40,577 nt of DNA, taken from Nemertoderma westbladi. Its lineage: Eukaryota > Animalia > Xenacoelomorpha. Below the pieces are notes generated by a model, which did not search any database, had not been told where the DNA came from, and worked only from the letters and a program-made list of their open reading frames with translations. Positions 23,506-34,700 of the stretch are shown in pieces. The stretch covers positions 1-40,577 of the forward strand of contig JAUCBJ010002019.1 of the NCBI GenBank assembly GCA_032718475.1, written 5' to 3'. The translations under genes were made by a program, and so were the position numbers. Position 1 is the stretch's first letter. Each line of letters opens with the position of its first letter.

Positions 23506-23900
23506 GTGAGTACAAAACAAAGACCAAAGAATAAAAACATGTACAAAACAAAGACATGTGTTAACTTTTGATTATTGTTTTGGTTCCCCCAACACGCCTC
23601 TGTAACCTGCTCCTTTACAAACCTGCTCCTTTACAAACCTGCTCCTTTACTAACCTGCTCCTTTAAATGGTAGTGGGACCTAACGTTCTTTGGGACCTAA
23701 CGCTCTTTGGCGCAACGAGATCGTCACAACGAGACTTTATCTCTTTGTTTTGTACAGGTCCCAAAAAGCGTTATATCCCATTGCCATTTAAAGGAGCAGG
23801 TTACAGAGGCGTGTAGGGGGGAACCAAAACAATAAACGAAAGTTAACACATGTTGCAAGATTATGCAGGTTATTTAATTGTGTCTTTGTTTTGTACTCAC
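23506..23900. mobile_element. Palindromic MITE
   Basis: Perfect 19-bp inverted ends gtgagtacaaaacaaagac (23506-23524) and gtctttgttttgtactcac (23882-23900). Inner arms 23554 to ~23700 and ~23757-23853 are also complementary. Confidence 0.8.
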
Positions 23901-24163
23901 GCACTTGCTGTTAATACTAGCTGCATTGAGTAATATTACAATTTTGGAATAAAGTACTTTTCAAGTAGATTATTCCAAAATTGTAACATTTCCTAATTTG
24001 TTGCTGGTAAAATGTATAAACGATTCGTTGTTATATATAAGAATTGAAGAATTGTTGGTATAATTTCTAAAATTAAAAAAATGACATAGGAATATACTGA
24101 CAGTATATAGATATAATCATTCAGATAAAACAAGTTTATAATATAACACATGTAGGTACCCAC

Positions 24164-24349
24164 TTTAGTTACGGAGCTATCAGTAGCAGCGGCCAAAACA
24201 ACGGCTCCTTGATACTCGGTGGATAAGGTGCGGAGAGGAACAAACTTCCTGGAGACCACTGGTTCCACAAGAGTAACAACCCCGAAATGGGTCCCATTCG
24301 ATTCTTTACCCTCAAGCATCACGTTTACATGTTCCTTTGTAACGGTCAG
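24164..24349 (-). CDS. PRSS23/PRSS35-like inactive serine protease homologue, internal exon
   Basis: ttttttctacttaag| acceptor and |gtgggt donor, 186 nt, phase 0-0. Encodes LTVTKEHVNVMLEGKESNGTHFGVVTLVEPV...VTK. Confidence 0.7.
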
Positions 24350-24686
24350 CTTAAGTAGAAAAAATAATGGGTGCGTCAAAATATAGACATGGAGGAGGGG
24401 GGGGGGGGGGGGGGTTGACGAAAATTAGTCTACAAATTCCAAATTAATACTGTAATATCTCTTTTCAGCGAATTAACAATGTTAATTATCAATTAAGGGG
24501 AAGGAGCAGATCACAGTGGTAGTACGATATTCCAACCAAACCAATAAATGTTACACATTTAACTCTTACAATAAATCTTAACCTGTACAAGGCCTACAGA
24601 AATTACTGTAGTAGCCTACAGGTTCAAGATGCATTTTTGCTAGTAATCTTGTTATTTGAGTCATGACCTACTCTTATTGTAGATAC

Positions 24687-25527
24687 GACCCGCCAAGCTG
24701 CTGCAAAGCCCCTAAATTTAGTGGGCCACTTATTTCTCTTAGTTAGAATCCCTGAAACAATATGTCTAGCGCGTCGAAAGTACTTGTCCCTAACTAAAAT
24801 TATGTCCTCTTTCAGATGAGACAAATAAAAATTTAATAGCTCCAGTAGTTTTCGAGATATGAGGAGTTCCTGGCACCCATACCATATCAGCACTTTTGGG
24901 AATTGATAAAATTACTCAAAATACAAGCATCACACTTCAAAGACTTTGGTATAACCATTAAACCATACTATGCTTTTATTGATTAGTCGAATTCATTGTT
25001 AGTAATCGAAGGCGAAATTAGAATAAAATCTTCATTGAAAATTATTTAATAGACACTAAAAGAGCACCAAAATTACATGTAGCTCGAAATTTTCAAATTT
25101 GACCGTATGGTTTGGCTACTGAGGTTTTAGAATTTCATTGGCAAGGTTTATTAAATTGTGGTATTTTCAAAAAATGAAAATTTTGCTTCTAATCTTGCTT
25201 TCGATTACTAATAATGAATTCAACAAACCAAAAAAGCATAGGGCCTAGTATGGTTATAGCAAAGTCTTTGAAGTGTGTTGCATTTTGAGTAATTGTATCA
25301 ATTCCGAAAGGTGTTTATATGGTATGTGTGCCAGGAACTCATCATATCTCGAAAACTACTGGAGCTACATACAGTATTACATTTTTATTTGTCTCATCTG
25401 AAAGAGGACATAATTTTAGTTAGGTACAAGTACTTTCAACGCGCTAGACATATTGTTCCACGGATTCTAACTAAGAGAAATAACTGGCCCACTAAATTTA
25501 GGGTCTTTGCAGCAGCTTGGTCAGGTC
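24687..25527. mobile_element. Foldback/MITE-like element with ~370-bp inverted arms
   Basis: 24687 to ~25055 is the diverged reverse complement of ~25146-25527 (e.g. ccagtagttttcgagatatga / tcatatctcgaaaactactgg), with a spacer of about 90 bp. Confidence 0.85.
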
Positions 25528-26665
25528 ATGCTTGAGTAAACTTTCTCCTGGAGAGGGATTAATTTATGATTGTGCTAAGACCCCTGTAAAAGGTGTAAAT
25601 GAATCCCCGTTTAGAATGACTCCCCAGTGATGTGGCGAGTCATAACAACCTGGTGGAAATGTCGTCCGCCCGTTGAAATGAATCCCTTCAAGGATATTCG
25701 TAGGTTAAATAGAGACCTGCACTCTTAATAAGATGTGATTGTTCCCGCGTTTTATATAAGTAGTTTTATACTAAAGGTCATGAGAAAGTGGAACGTTCGA
25801 ATTTCTCATTCTGAAAGTATACACGTTCGTGGGGCCTTCGCGCAGCACGAGGCTTAGTTCTGCGATACAGATTAATATTGAGCGATTCTACTATCACAAA
25901 CTCGGTATTTAAATTTAACCAAACACCAGTAAATCAAAGAGAGGGAAAAGCCCCCCCCCCCCCCCCCCCCCCACCCTCCCTTCAACCTCCCTCTTATCTG
26001 CACCACCCCAACGCAAAGGCGCACACAGGATTGATGAAAGGCAGGCATTATGAGGAAATTTGTGTTTTAAAAGTAATATGTTATATTTATTTTTAATATA
26101 ACACAAAATACAACTGGAACTGGAAGCGATTCACTGAAAAAATATAGCTACTCTTTAGCAAATTTTCAGGTTTACGCAATCCATATTCATGCAGTTATGT
26201 AATTTAATTAATTATTATTGTTTTATATTTTTTGCACTAATGTTCTATTTAAGATTCAACAAAAAAATTCACAAATATACAAACAGTACAACTTTCTATA
26301 AAAAATAATTAAAGATCGCATATTATGTAATTTATTTAACCAACAAATAAATCAAACTGTTGATGGTGTCGTTGCGCCAGAATACAATGCAACCCTAAAG
26401 CGGAGGGGTGATTGCCTAGCCACTACGTGGGAGAAGCCATACTCACTGGTTAAGGGATGTTATGGGTTATGTCACAGCCACCCACCCCCCCCCCCCCCCC
26501 CCCCCCCCGTACGTTGAGGTGTTTGATTGGTTGTACAGTGTTGTCTATGACAACTTGTAATGAGGAACAAGCATATTGTAGACTGGTAATGATACGGATA
26601 CATGATTATGAGTTCCTGGATAAATTTGTCTTGCCTGTTGCTCTTGAATAGGTACTGTAACCCAC

Positions 26666-26783
26666 CTTGCGAATAGCACGCTTCCGCAGTCTGTTGATGT
26701 CAGTTACCATCAGAGTTTTTCCAATATCGCGAAATCCATTCCCATTGTAGATACAAGATGCGGACGTCAGAATGTGAAGGGGG
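26666..26783 (-). CDS. PRSS23/PRSS35-like inactive serine protease homologue, internal exon (His-motif region)
   Basis: actttcttcccgaatag| acceptor and |gtgggt donor, 118 nt, phase 2-0. PLHILTSASCIYNGNGFRDIGKTLMV... resembles the S1 motif HVLTAAHCIHDG. Not in the ORF track. Confidence 0.7.
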
Positions 26784-26984
26784 CTATTCGGGAAGAAAGT
26801 ATAATAATTATTTAATTATCAGGAACTGATAATTACGTTCACGATCAAAATTACCTTCATTATGCCCTACGCGAATACTACGAAATGAAATTTTTCTACA
26901 TGTAGGCCCTACTGTACTGCTGTACTGTACGTACATAAACTCAGTGCACCATTTACACATCTCAGCTTGTCTTTTATAAATAAC

Positions 26985-27627
26985 CAGGTGAGGACCTTCG
27001 AATACGTAAGGGAAAGGCATGGGCAGCCTTGAATAGGCTTTCCAGGATTTGGAAGTCACCGAGAATTAATCGGAAACTTAAGGTCCGACTATTTAGAGCA
27101 GCAGTAGTTCCAGTACTCCTCTACGGGAGTCCATGCTGGGCTTTAACTGCTGAGGACACCAAATCTCTGGATGGCACATTCACAAGAATGCTACGCCGGG
27201 TTCATTGTGTCAAGTACAATGCACACATCTCCAACCAGACACTAGATAACATTGGAGGTGTCTCATTTGGTTCCCCCAAGCTTGACACTTGAACACTCCG
27301 CTTTGCAGGATATTGTTTTCGCAGTGAGGACCAGCCTGTGCAAAATCTTGTGCTTTGGCAGCCCCATGGAGAAAATAAGCATGGTGGACAGCACATGACT
27401 TTTGTGAGACGCCTCTTAAAGGAAACTGGTTTTGTAGATGCGAATAGTCTCGTGAAAGTCATGGGGGATAGGGAGTTGTGGCGGTGAATCTTCGTAGATA
27501 AGCCGGCATAGCATTCTTAATGCACCCTGCATTGGGCTTGTCAATTGTGGAATGCATGGTGATAGCAAAATATTTTTGTTAAGCCAGCATCTCAATGACA
27601 AGTTTCAATGCAGCAGGCCGATTATAG
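26985..27627 (+). mobile_element. 5'-truncated RTE-type LINE, family A, apparently chimeric
   Basis: Matches the 2913-3876 and 13626-14113 copies. The family 3' terminus (caatgcagcaggccgat) is recognisable near 27606-27622 after an extra segment. Confidence 0.88.
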
Positions 27628-29537
27628 AGTTTAGCTGGAGATGTTCAATCAGTTAGTGAGTGTAGCTGAAGATGTTCACGGTGAAGCAATGACGAATCGA
27701 TATTTATCTGTTTTAGAAGCCTACAACAGCAATATCAGAGATGATGATGGCACAGGACATCAGCCGCTAATTGTAGAAAGTGTTGAGAAAATAATAATTG
27801 AGAAGGGATTGTTTTATCTCTTAGGCCTACGGATTCTCATAGCATCAATCTTGATTATGACACTCTACCGGATTCTATGGCAATCAATAGCGGGGTAAAT
27901 GACGAGCAATCAATGCTAACGGAAGATGGTGAACATGAATTAGTTTCCAACAGCAGGTGTGGCAAGATGACCACAATCCAGACAGCGCAAACAGTTATAA
28001 AAATAGGGAGTCTGGGCTGTCCCATGGAATAAAACGGAATCTTAAGGTTCGATTCTTGTAAAGGCTTTTGCGTAATTAGCCGGTTATTTTCCCCGTAAAG
28101 TACTCTGTAGTTAGTTTACTAGGCATAAAAAGGCCGTGTCCTTACTGTACTGGTGTTTTAGAGGACATAAAAGTAATTTCTTCTGTAGGTGTACTTTAGC
28201 GGACATAATCCGCAATTTTGTGACGCAATAAGCTGGATCCTCTTGAAAACAGTGTGGCTACCATGACGACGGCTAACAGCTGATATTGCCACGTCGAACA
28301 TTTCTTTGTTCTTTGTTCTCTCTTTGTTCGGTCGACCAATCAGAGCGTTTTTTGACTCTGTGTTGGAGGTTGGATGCAGAAACTCAGGAATTCAGTGTAT
28401 GTGTTTTTTGCCCAGAGCCTAAGAACACCGGCTTTTGGCACCTCCGTGTTTTAGTCTTTAGTTCAACATTAGTAGGCTTAATTATAGAACGTATATCCGT
28501 TATCTCAACTCATTTAATCATATCTCAACTCATTTAATCATATCTCATTTAATCATATCTCAACTCACTCACTTATCTATCTTATCTCACTTACTTACTC
28601 AACAATCTGTCGGTTATTCATTATATTTGTTGATGGAATATTATATCGGAATACTGATCAATAATCAGACACCCCAATCTTCTTGATATACTAAAGGTTA
28701 GAGAGACCGGATACATATAACGATTGCGACTTACATTAAGTGGTTTGAAGTGAATCTAATGCTATTTCATAGGCCCGACATAAATTGTCTGTTGCTCTCT
28801 TTATATGTGACTAAAATTAGTGAAGGTCGGCAGATTAGTGTGCAGTATTGTGCAGCATTGTGTATGATTGTAACTGATAACAAAGCATCTCCTAAAGAAT
28901 GCGCCATATACGTTAATCTATAGCCATTCCGTTGTGTCTAGTTTAAGTCATAACTCTGTTTACATATTTAGAGCGCCACGTCCTAAAGGAACTGTTAATA
29001 TTTCCCGAAAGTGAATAATATTTGTCAGAGATTATATATTACGATCAGTCGAATAATACAGTAGGCTTACACCCCAATCAAGTTAAGCTTCCGAATCCAG
29101 TCTCCCGGGTATATCCAGCGGGTGAATGGTTGCGCATAGACTGGCTTCGGCTAATGTAGTGTATCAAATACTCGTCATAGGCTAAAGACTATCTATCATC
29201 TAACAGACATCCCAATTTGGCAGGTTAAACTGTCAAAGGTCTTAAAAGCGCAAACAATAACAGATATTGCTTCTGGATTGCGGCGTAAGCAATCAAGTCG
29301 AAAGTACCGGTCGACCGGAAACCTGTAGGCCTGACTGCCTGATCACCCGGACCGGTACTTACAGCAGTACAGGTACAGCAGTATTATTCGATTGTGAAAT
29401 TGTATACCGGTAGGCTGTTTAAGAGATTAGGGACTGTACACCCCTTGTTTCTTTTGGAGCTTACTTATTTCTGTCAAGTTTTGTTTATTTGTAGGCCAGT
29501 ATTGAGCAGAAGGCGTGTAAGCCTGCTCAGATTGTAC

Positions 29538-30118
29538 AGATAATTTGTAGGCTTGACTGTTGTCTAACTGTTGTTAAGTCTGAACGGATTGCAGTGTGTG
29601 TAGAGCATCTGTCCGATAAAGTGCTAGTTAGGAACGTAGGGGCTTCAAGTGCTGTGAGGTAAACCCCCTGTGAAAGAATAAGTCGTACTACTAGGTTAGA
29701 ACGCATACTAACTAATCATTTCGGAGTCTGCATATACTGTAGTTTATTTAGGCTTGATAGTAGTCTGCCATCGTTTGGTCTGTACTTTGTTTGTGTAGTC
29801 TGTACAGGTAGCATATAATTCTTATTTAGATAATTTGTAGGCTGGATAGTTGTCTGGCTGTTGCTAGGTCTGAGGAAATTTCGGTGTGTGTAGAGTGTAT
29901 GTCCGATAAAGTGCCAGTTGGGAACGTAGGGGCTTCCAGTGCTGTGAGGTAAACCCCCTGTGAAAGAATAAGTCGTACTACTAGGTTAGAACGCATACTA
30001 ACTAACCATTTCGGAGTCTGCACATACCGTAGTTTGTTTAGGCTTGATAGTAGTCTGTCAGTATTTAGTCTGCATTTTGTTGGAGTAGTTTGTACGCGTA
30101 GCGTAACATTTATTATTC
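29538..30118. repeat. Tandem duplication, 2 x 290 bp, upstream of BEL gag
   Basis: agataatttgtaggct at 29538 and 29828. The central ~100 bp is nearly identical; the flanks are more diverged. Confidence 0.9.
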
Positions 30119-31059
30119 AGAGTTTATGCGATTATTCGCAACATTCATATCCCCAAGTTTATTCCTACAGTAATTGTGCTTGTTATACATACCGTTATAG
30201 TTAAACTAACCCCGGTACTACATCAGGGCTGCTCGGCGTAGGTAAAGACTGGAGATTTTGTGCTTTGGTCACTCCGGCAGATACCGTGGTTCTTTTAGCT
30301 GTTCAAGTATTTTTAACTACTGATTATTTGTTGTACAAGTACTTGTACCTAATTTAGGGTTTAGTGTACAGTACTTTCCGAAGGTGATTAGTGTGTAGGC
30401 AGTATATTTGTGTTGTAAAGTGGTTAATAGGCACGTTGGTTCTGGTAGACCGCGGTAATTAACTTCTGGGTAGGAACACTCCGTGATACATAGCGTAGTA
30501 CCTATAGCGATACGGCTATAGGTAGTCAGACGGTGGTATTTTCCTATCTGGACAACGCAGTATATTTACTACTACTTATTATTTTCAAATACCGTAGTAA
30601 CCTGTCCGTTGTAATAACCAGATATTCTAACCCTTTGTTAGGCTGGTTTGTAGATTCCCTGTAAAATTACCCTAAAAAATTCGTATTTGTAATTTTTGTG
30701 TTTATTTAGAGATTGTAATCTCACCCCGATTGTACGTAATTTGTAGTAATAAGTAACTTAGGTAAATTAGAATTATTTGTTTTAGAGTCCAACAAGTAGC
30801 ACTTCACTGAGAGCGCACAGCTTCTGTGTAGTGACTCCCCCCAGAAATAATAACATTTATTTCAAACATTGACAAAAACCCATTTCAACGGGTATATATA
30901 TATTATAAATCAACTCAAACGATTTATAAATAGTAGGCCTGCCATATAACAATTAGGTCTCAATATCAGTTGGACTACTGCTTAAATAACGGTAATAAAG
31001 TAAGTTAAAGTAACCAAGTAACCCTTAAAATTCAGAAATTCAATTATTTAAATAATTGA

Positions 31060-31302
31060 TATACCGGTATTCACGATAGGCCTATTATATATTTATAAAT
31101 TTAGGCTGAAATTATACCGGTATTCTGTAATTAATTCTAGTTAATAATTATACTTATATATACTATAAGTGTAAACTGCATACCGGGATCCACGATAGGC
31201 CTATTATATATTTATATATATTTGTGCTAAAATTATATACCGGTCTTCGGTGAAAAACCTAGTCTGTAATAAAATTTATATATACTATAAGCATACCGGT
31301 AT
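31060..31302. repeat. AT-rich tandem duplication (~119-bp period) with recurrent ataccgg motif
   Basis: cacgataggcctattatatattta at 31072 and 31191. Confidence 0.75.
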
Positions 31303-31758
31303 TCTAATATATTATATTATATATATATCACGCTACACTGAGTAGCAGTATCGGTAATTAATTACTAGGCTAGCAGTTAATACTGAATTACTAGACTTGC
31401 TTAGACTGTAATATAGCAGTAGGCATTCAACTGTGCAAACAAACATGTCTGATACTAAGCAGAACCTGTCAGACAGTTTATTAGATGTAACTATCTGCGA
31501 CTCAGATAGGGGTGTAGAACCGTCTAGACCTAAGTTCAGTTCACCTCCCACTGTGAGAAAGGTCGTCCCTCCTGTAGTAATATAGACCCTAGGCTAGTCC
31601 AACATCGTAGGTCTATCATAGGCACTCGAGCTCAGGTCAAGCGGGACCAAGAAGCAGCGGAACAGCAACAACCCGCGAGCCAAGAACTTATTTCTCAGCG
31701 GCCCGACAGCTCCAGTAGTGAGGATACTGTAGAGCTGACACCCGAGCGCGGAGCAAAG

Positions 31759-34700
31759 ATGACGGATGCGGTTTATTCGGATCCCCTTCTCATCCTTCCT
31801 GCAGCCGTACTCACTAGGTTATTGATTGCGGCGGAAGAACACCAGATCGATTGGGCGAGAAATAAGCGATCGACTAAAGATAGTTATGCGGGATACACAA
31901 GGGAAGAACTGAAGTCTATTGTCGAGTCGCAATGGAACTTCCCCGGACCCGGACTCCCGTTTGATTTATCAGAAGCTGCCTGGGAAGACATACACCGGAT
32001 GGGAGTAACCAAGGAGACCATCGATCCAGCTGTGTGGAAGAGGTCCGCAGCCGGATACGCACAGGGATTCTTCAGCTCTATGGAGCGAGTAAAAGAACAA
32101 CTGTTTCAACAACCCCAAGGACCTCAAGAGCAGGGACAACTGCTTTATCAAGTTAGAGAAAGAATTCTGCGAATCAGGCTAATCTTATCGGCCTTTGAGG
32201 AGGCTTCTAAAAGAAGACAAGACACGTCGTTGCAAGTTGCCGTAAAGACTTGGTTTCAACGGGTGAGTCTCCAGGTTCAAGGAACGGCTCAGTGGAAAGC
32301 TCAGCTGGAGGAGCGCTCAACCCATGGAGAATCAACAGACGCTACTTTTTCCCAAGTGGAAAGTGAAGCGACGGCAGAGAAACCGCATAAGAGGGATGCC
32401 ATTGACATCTATCTGTCAGACTATCAGCATTTTTTAGGAGATGAAGAGTTGAGGAGAAGGTTAGATGAACTTAGCCCTAATAGCGAAGGAACTCAGCGTG
32501 TGTTGGATGCCATCGATGTGGAAATGAGGGCTGCGAACCAGGCTAAATTTGATGAAAGCCTCCGCATCACTAGAGTCCAAGAAGAACAAGTAAAGAAAAA
32601 ACGTATAGAAGACAGAAAGGCAGCGGCAGTAGCAGCAGCAGTGGCAGCGGCAGAAGCTGAAAGAAAAGCGGCCGAAGCGAAAAGAAAGGCGACAGCGGCA
32701 GAGGCAGAAGCGGAGAGAAAAGCGGCCGAAGCGGAAAGAAAGGCGGCAGCGGCAGAGGCAGAAGCGGAGAGAAAAGCGGCCGAAGCGGAAAGAAAGGCGG
32801 CAGTGGCAGCTGCAGAGGCAGTGGCAGAAGCAGAACGGAGAGCGGCTGAAGAAACCACCCAACTAGAATTGGAAAACATTCAGGAGAATCAAGACTGCAT
32901 AAATAAACAGTTAACAGCTAGTCAAATGCAGATGATGGGTCGATCTACTCCCAAAAGACAGGGATATACATCATCTGAGGAAGGCGATACCACCGATACT
33001 GAAGGCAAAGGAAATAGATCTCGTCTAAGCAGACGTAGAAGAACATCACACCATCAGAAATTGCCTGATTTGCCTCCAGCTGTTAGAAGGCAACTAAATA
33101 ACACCAACTTAGGTAGTACAGAACCCACAGACCAAATAATTAAAATAGAAAGACTCCCTACTATAGTAGATGAGCCTGAAACAATTAGGCCTGTTCTTGA
33201 AATCACCCCTTCGGTGATAGAGACACCTGTGCTCCCTGAACCTACCTCTAAATTCCCTCTGCACAGCACCAAGCTACCTGTGCCCAGCAGAACAGCCCAT
33301 GAGACAGTTCATGTCCTGGACTCCGAGCGAAATATTCATGATTTGTCGCCCGTTGTCCCTCGTCCGCCCGCTACAACGTTGGCGACTCCCGCTTCGGCGG
33401 TCGAATGGGTGGATGAGAGACGACGGGGGATGGATCTCCTGCTCGGGCAGATGCAGGAGACCGTTCAGCAATTTAAGGGCACAGTGAGGGAAAGTAGGTT
33501 AGAGTTGCAAGAAGTGCAGCAAAGTATCGCGTTAGAACGCGATAAATTAGTAAATACAAAAAAGGGTATACCACCACCCTCGGTAACGATGTGTCAACCT
33601 GTTAGGTCTGAAGTATCTCATGCGCAAGGTGTGGAGCCTACACGCATCTATACTGCTAGCGAAGTAGAAACTCCTATAGTGAACCCTATTAAGGGTAATT
33701 ATAGACCTGTTGATAATGATATTCCCTATAGACCTGATCATAATCCGAGAAATTTATATACCGATAACTCGATATTAAATAACACGATGGCCCAAGAAAG
33801 TTTTACGCGTCAAATGGCTAGAACCGAAGCCCGGCAAGCGGTAAAGGTGGGAGAGATAGTCAAGTTCAATGGAGATGAGATGAAATGGTTACCTTTTAAT
33901 GAATATTATAAAGATAACATACAGAACTCTGTACTATCTAATGGAGAGAAACTTAGATTCCTCATCGAGTGCTTGGAAGGATCTCCCAAGTTAATGGCGT
34001 TAAAGTTTATTGGACATCCAGATGGATTAAGACAAGTTTGGGATACACTAAACATCAGGTATGGTAATAGGAATAACATAGCTAAATATTTGTATGCAAA
34101 ATTAGTAGCGCCCCGAAAGTTCATTAGCAGCGGGATAATAGAGTTTTCCGATGAGATTCAAGAGATCTGTAGACAATTAGATTGGTTAGGTAAGTCTCAT
34201 GAATATCAGAGTTCTATGGTTATTGGAGCCGTGGCTTCTACTTTACCGAAGGGTGGAGTAGGTACACGCTGGGATAAGAAAGTGTTATATATGATGGAAC
34301 AACAACAACGAGACCCTACCATGGCTGATCTCATGTCATTCTTGGATGGCGAAGTGAAATTACAGCTCATAAAGCAGTCCAGAGAGAAGACACCGGAAAA
34401 CAAGGTAAGTGAGAAACCCGTCTCCAGGAGAAAGGTAACACCAGTGTGTTATACAGACGACGGCGAAAGCCAGACTTCTCAAGGAGAGGATAGCGGGAAA
34501 GACACTGAAAGATCTTATTATGTCAATAAAATGCCTAAATATCAGGTAAGTAAATTCAAGTCTCGAACCAATGACAGGAGAGAACAGGTAAGAAAAACTC
34601 CTCCTACGTCTCCTAAGAGAATTCAGGTGAGAAAGCCCGAAGAAAGAACGAGTGTGCACAATGTTATTCAAAATAAGGTAAGTAACATCAAACCGAAATG

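Noticed and set aside
24624-25535. Two similar ORFs on opposite strands suggesting a duplicated gene
   Set aside because: They are translations of the two arms of the foldback element.
25878-26651. Pro-rich short ORFs over poly-C tracts
   Set aside because: Homopolymer runs in intronic DNA, with no coding signal.
27641-27960. 85-aa ORF and an adjacent acidic open frame on +
   Set aside because: No recognisable motif, and the candidate splice sites do not give compatible phases.
28427-28450. tggcacctccgtg as primer-binding site after an LTR end
   Set aside because: I could not match it to a tRNA 3' end, and the upstream sequence does not match the putative 3' LTR.
29302-29360. Permuted hammerhead-like arrangement (gaaa...ctgatca) inside a stem
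   Set aside because: The core deviates (CUGAUCA, no UH cleavage triplet) and stem I cannot form.
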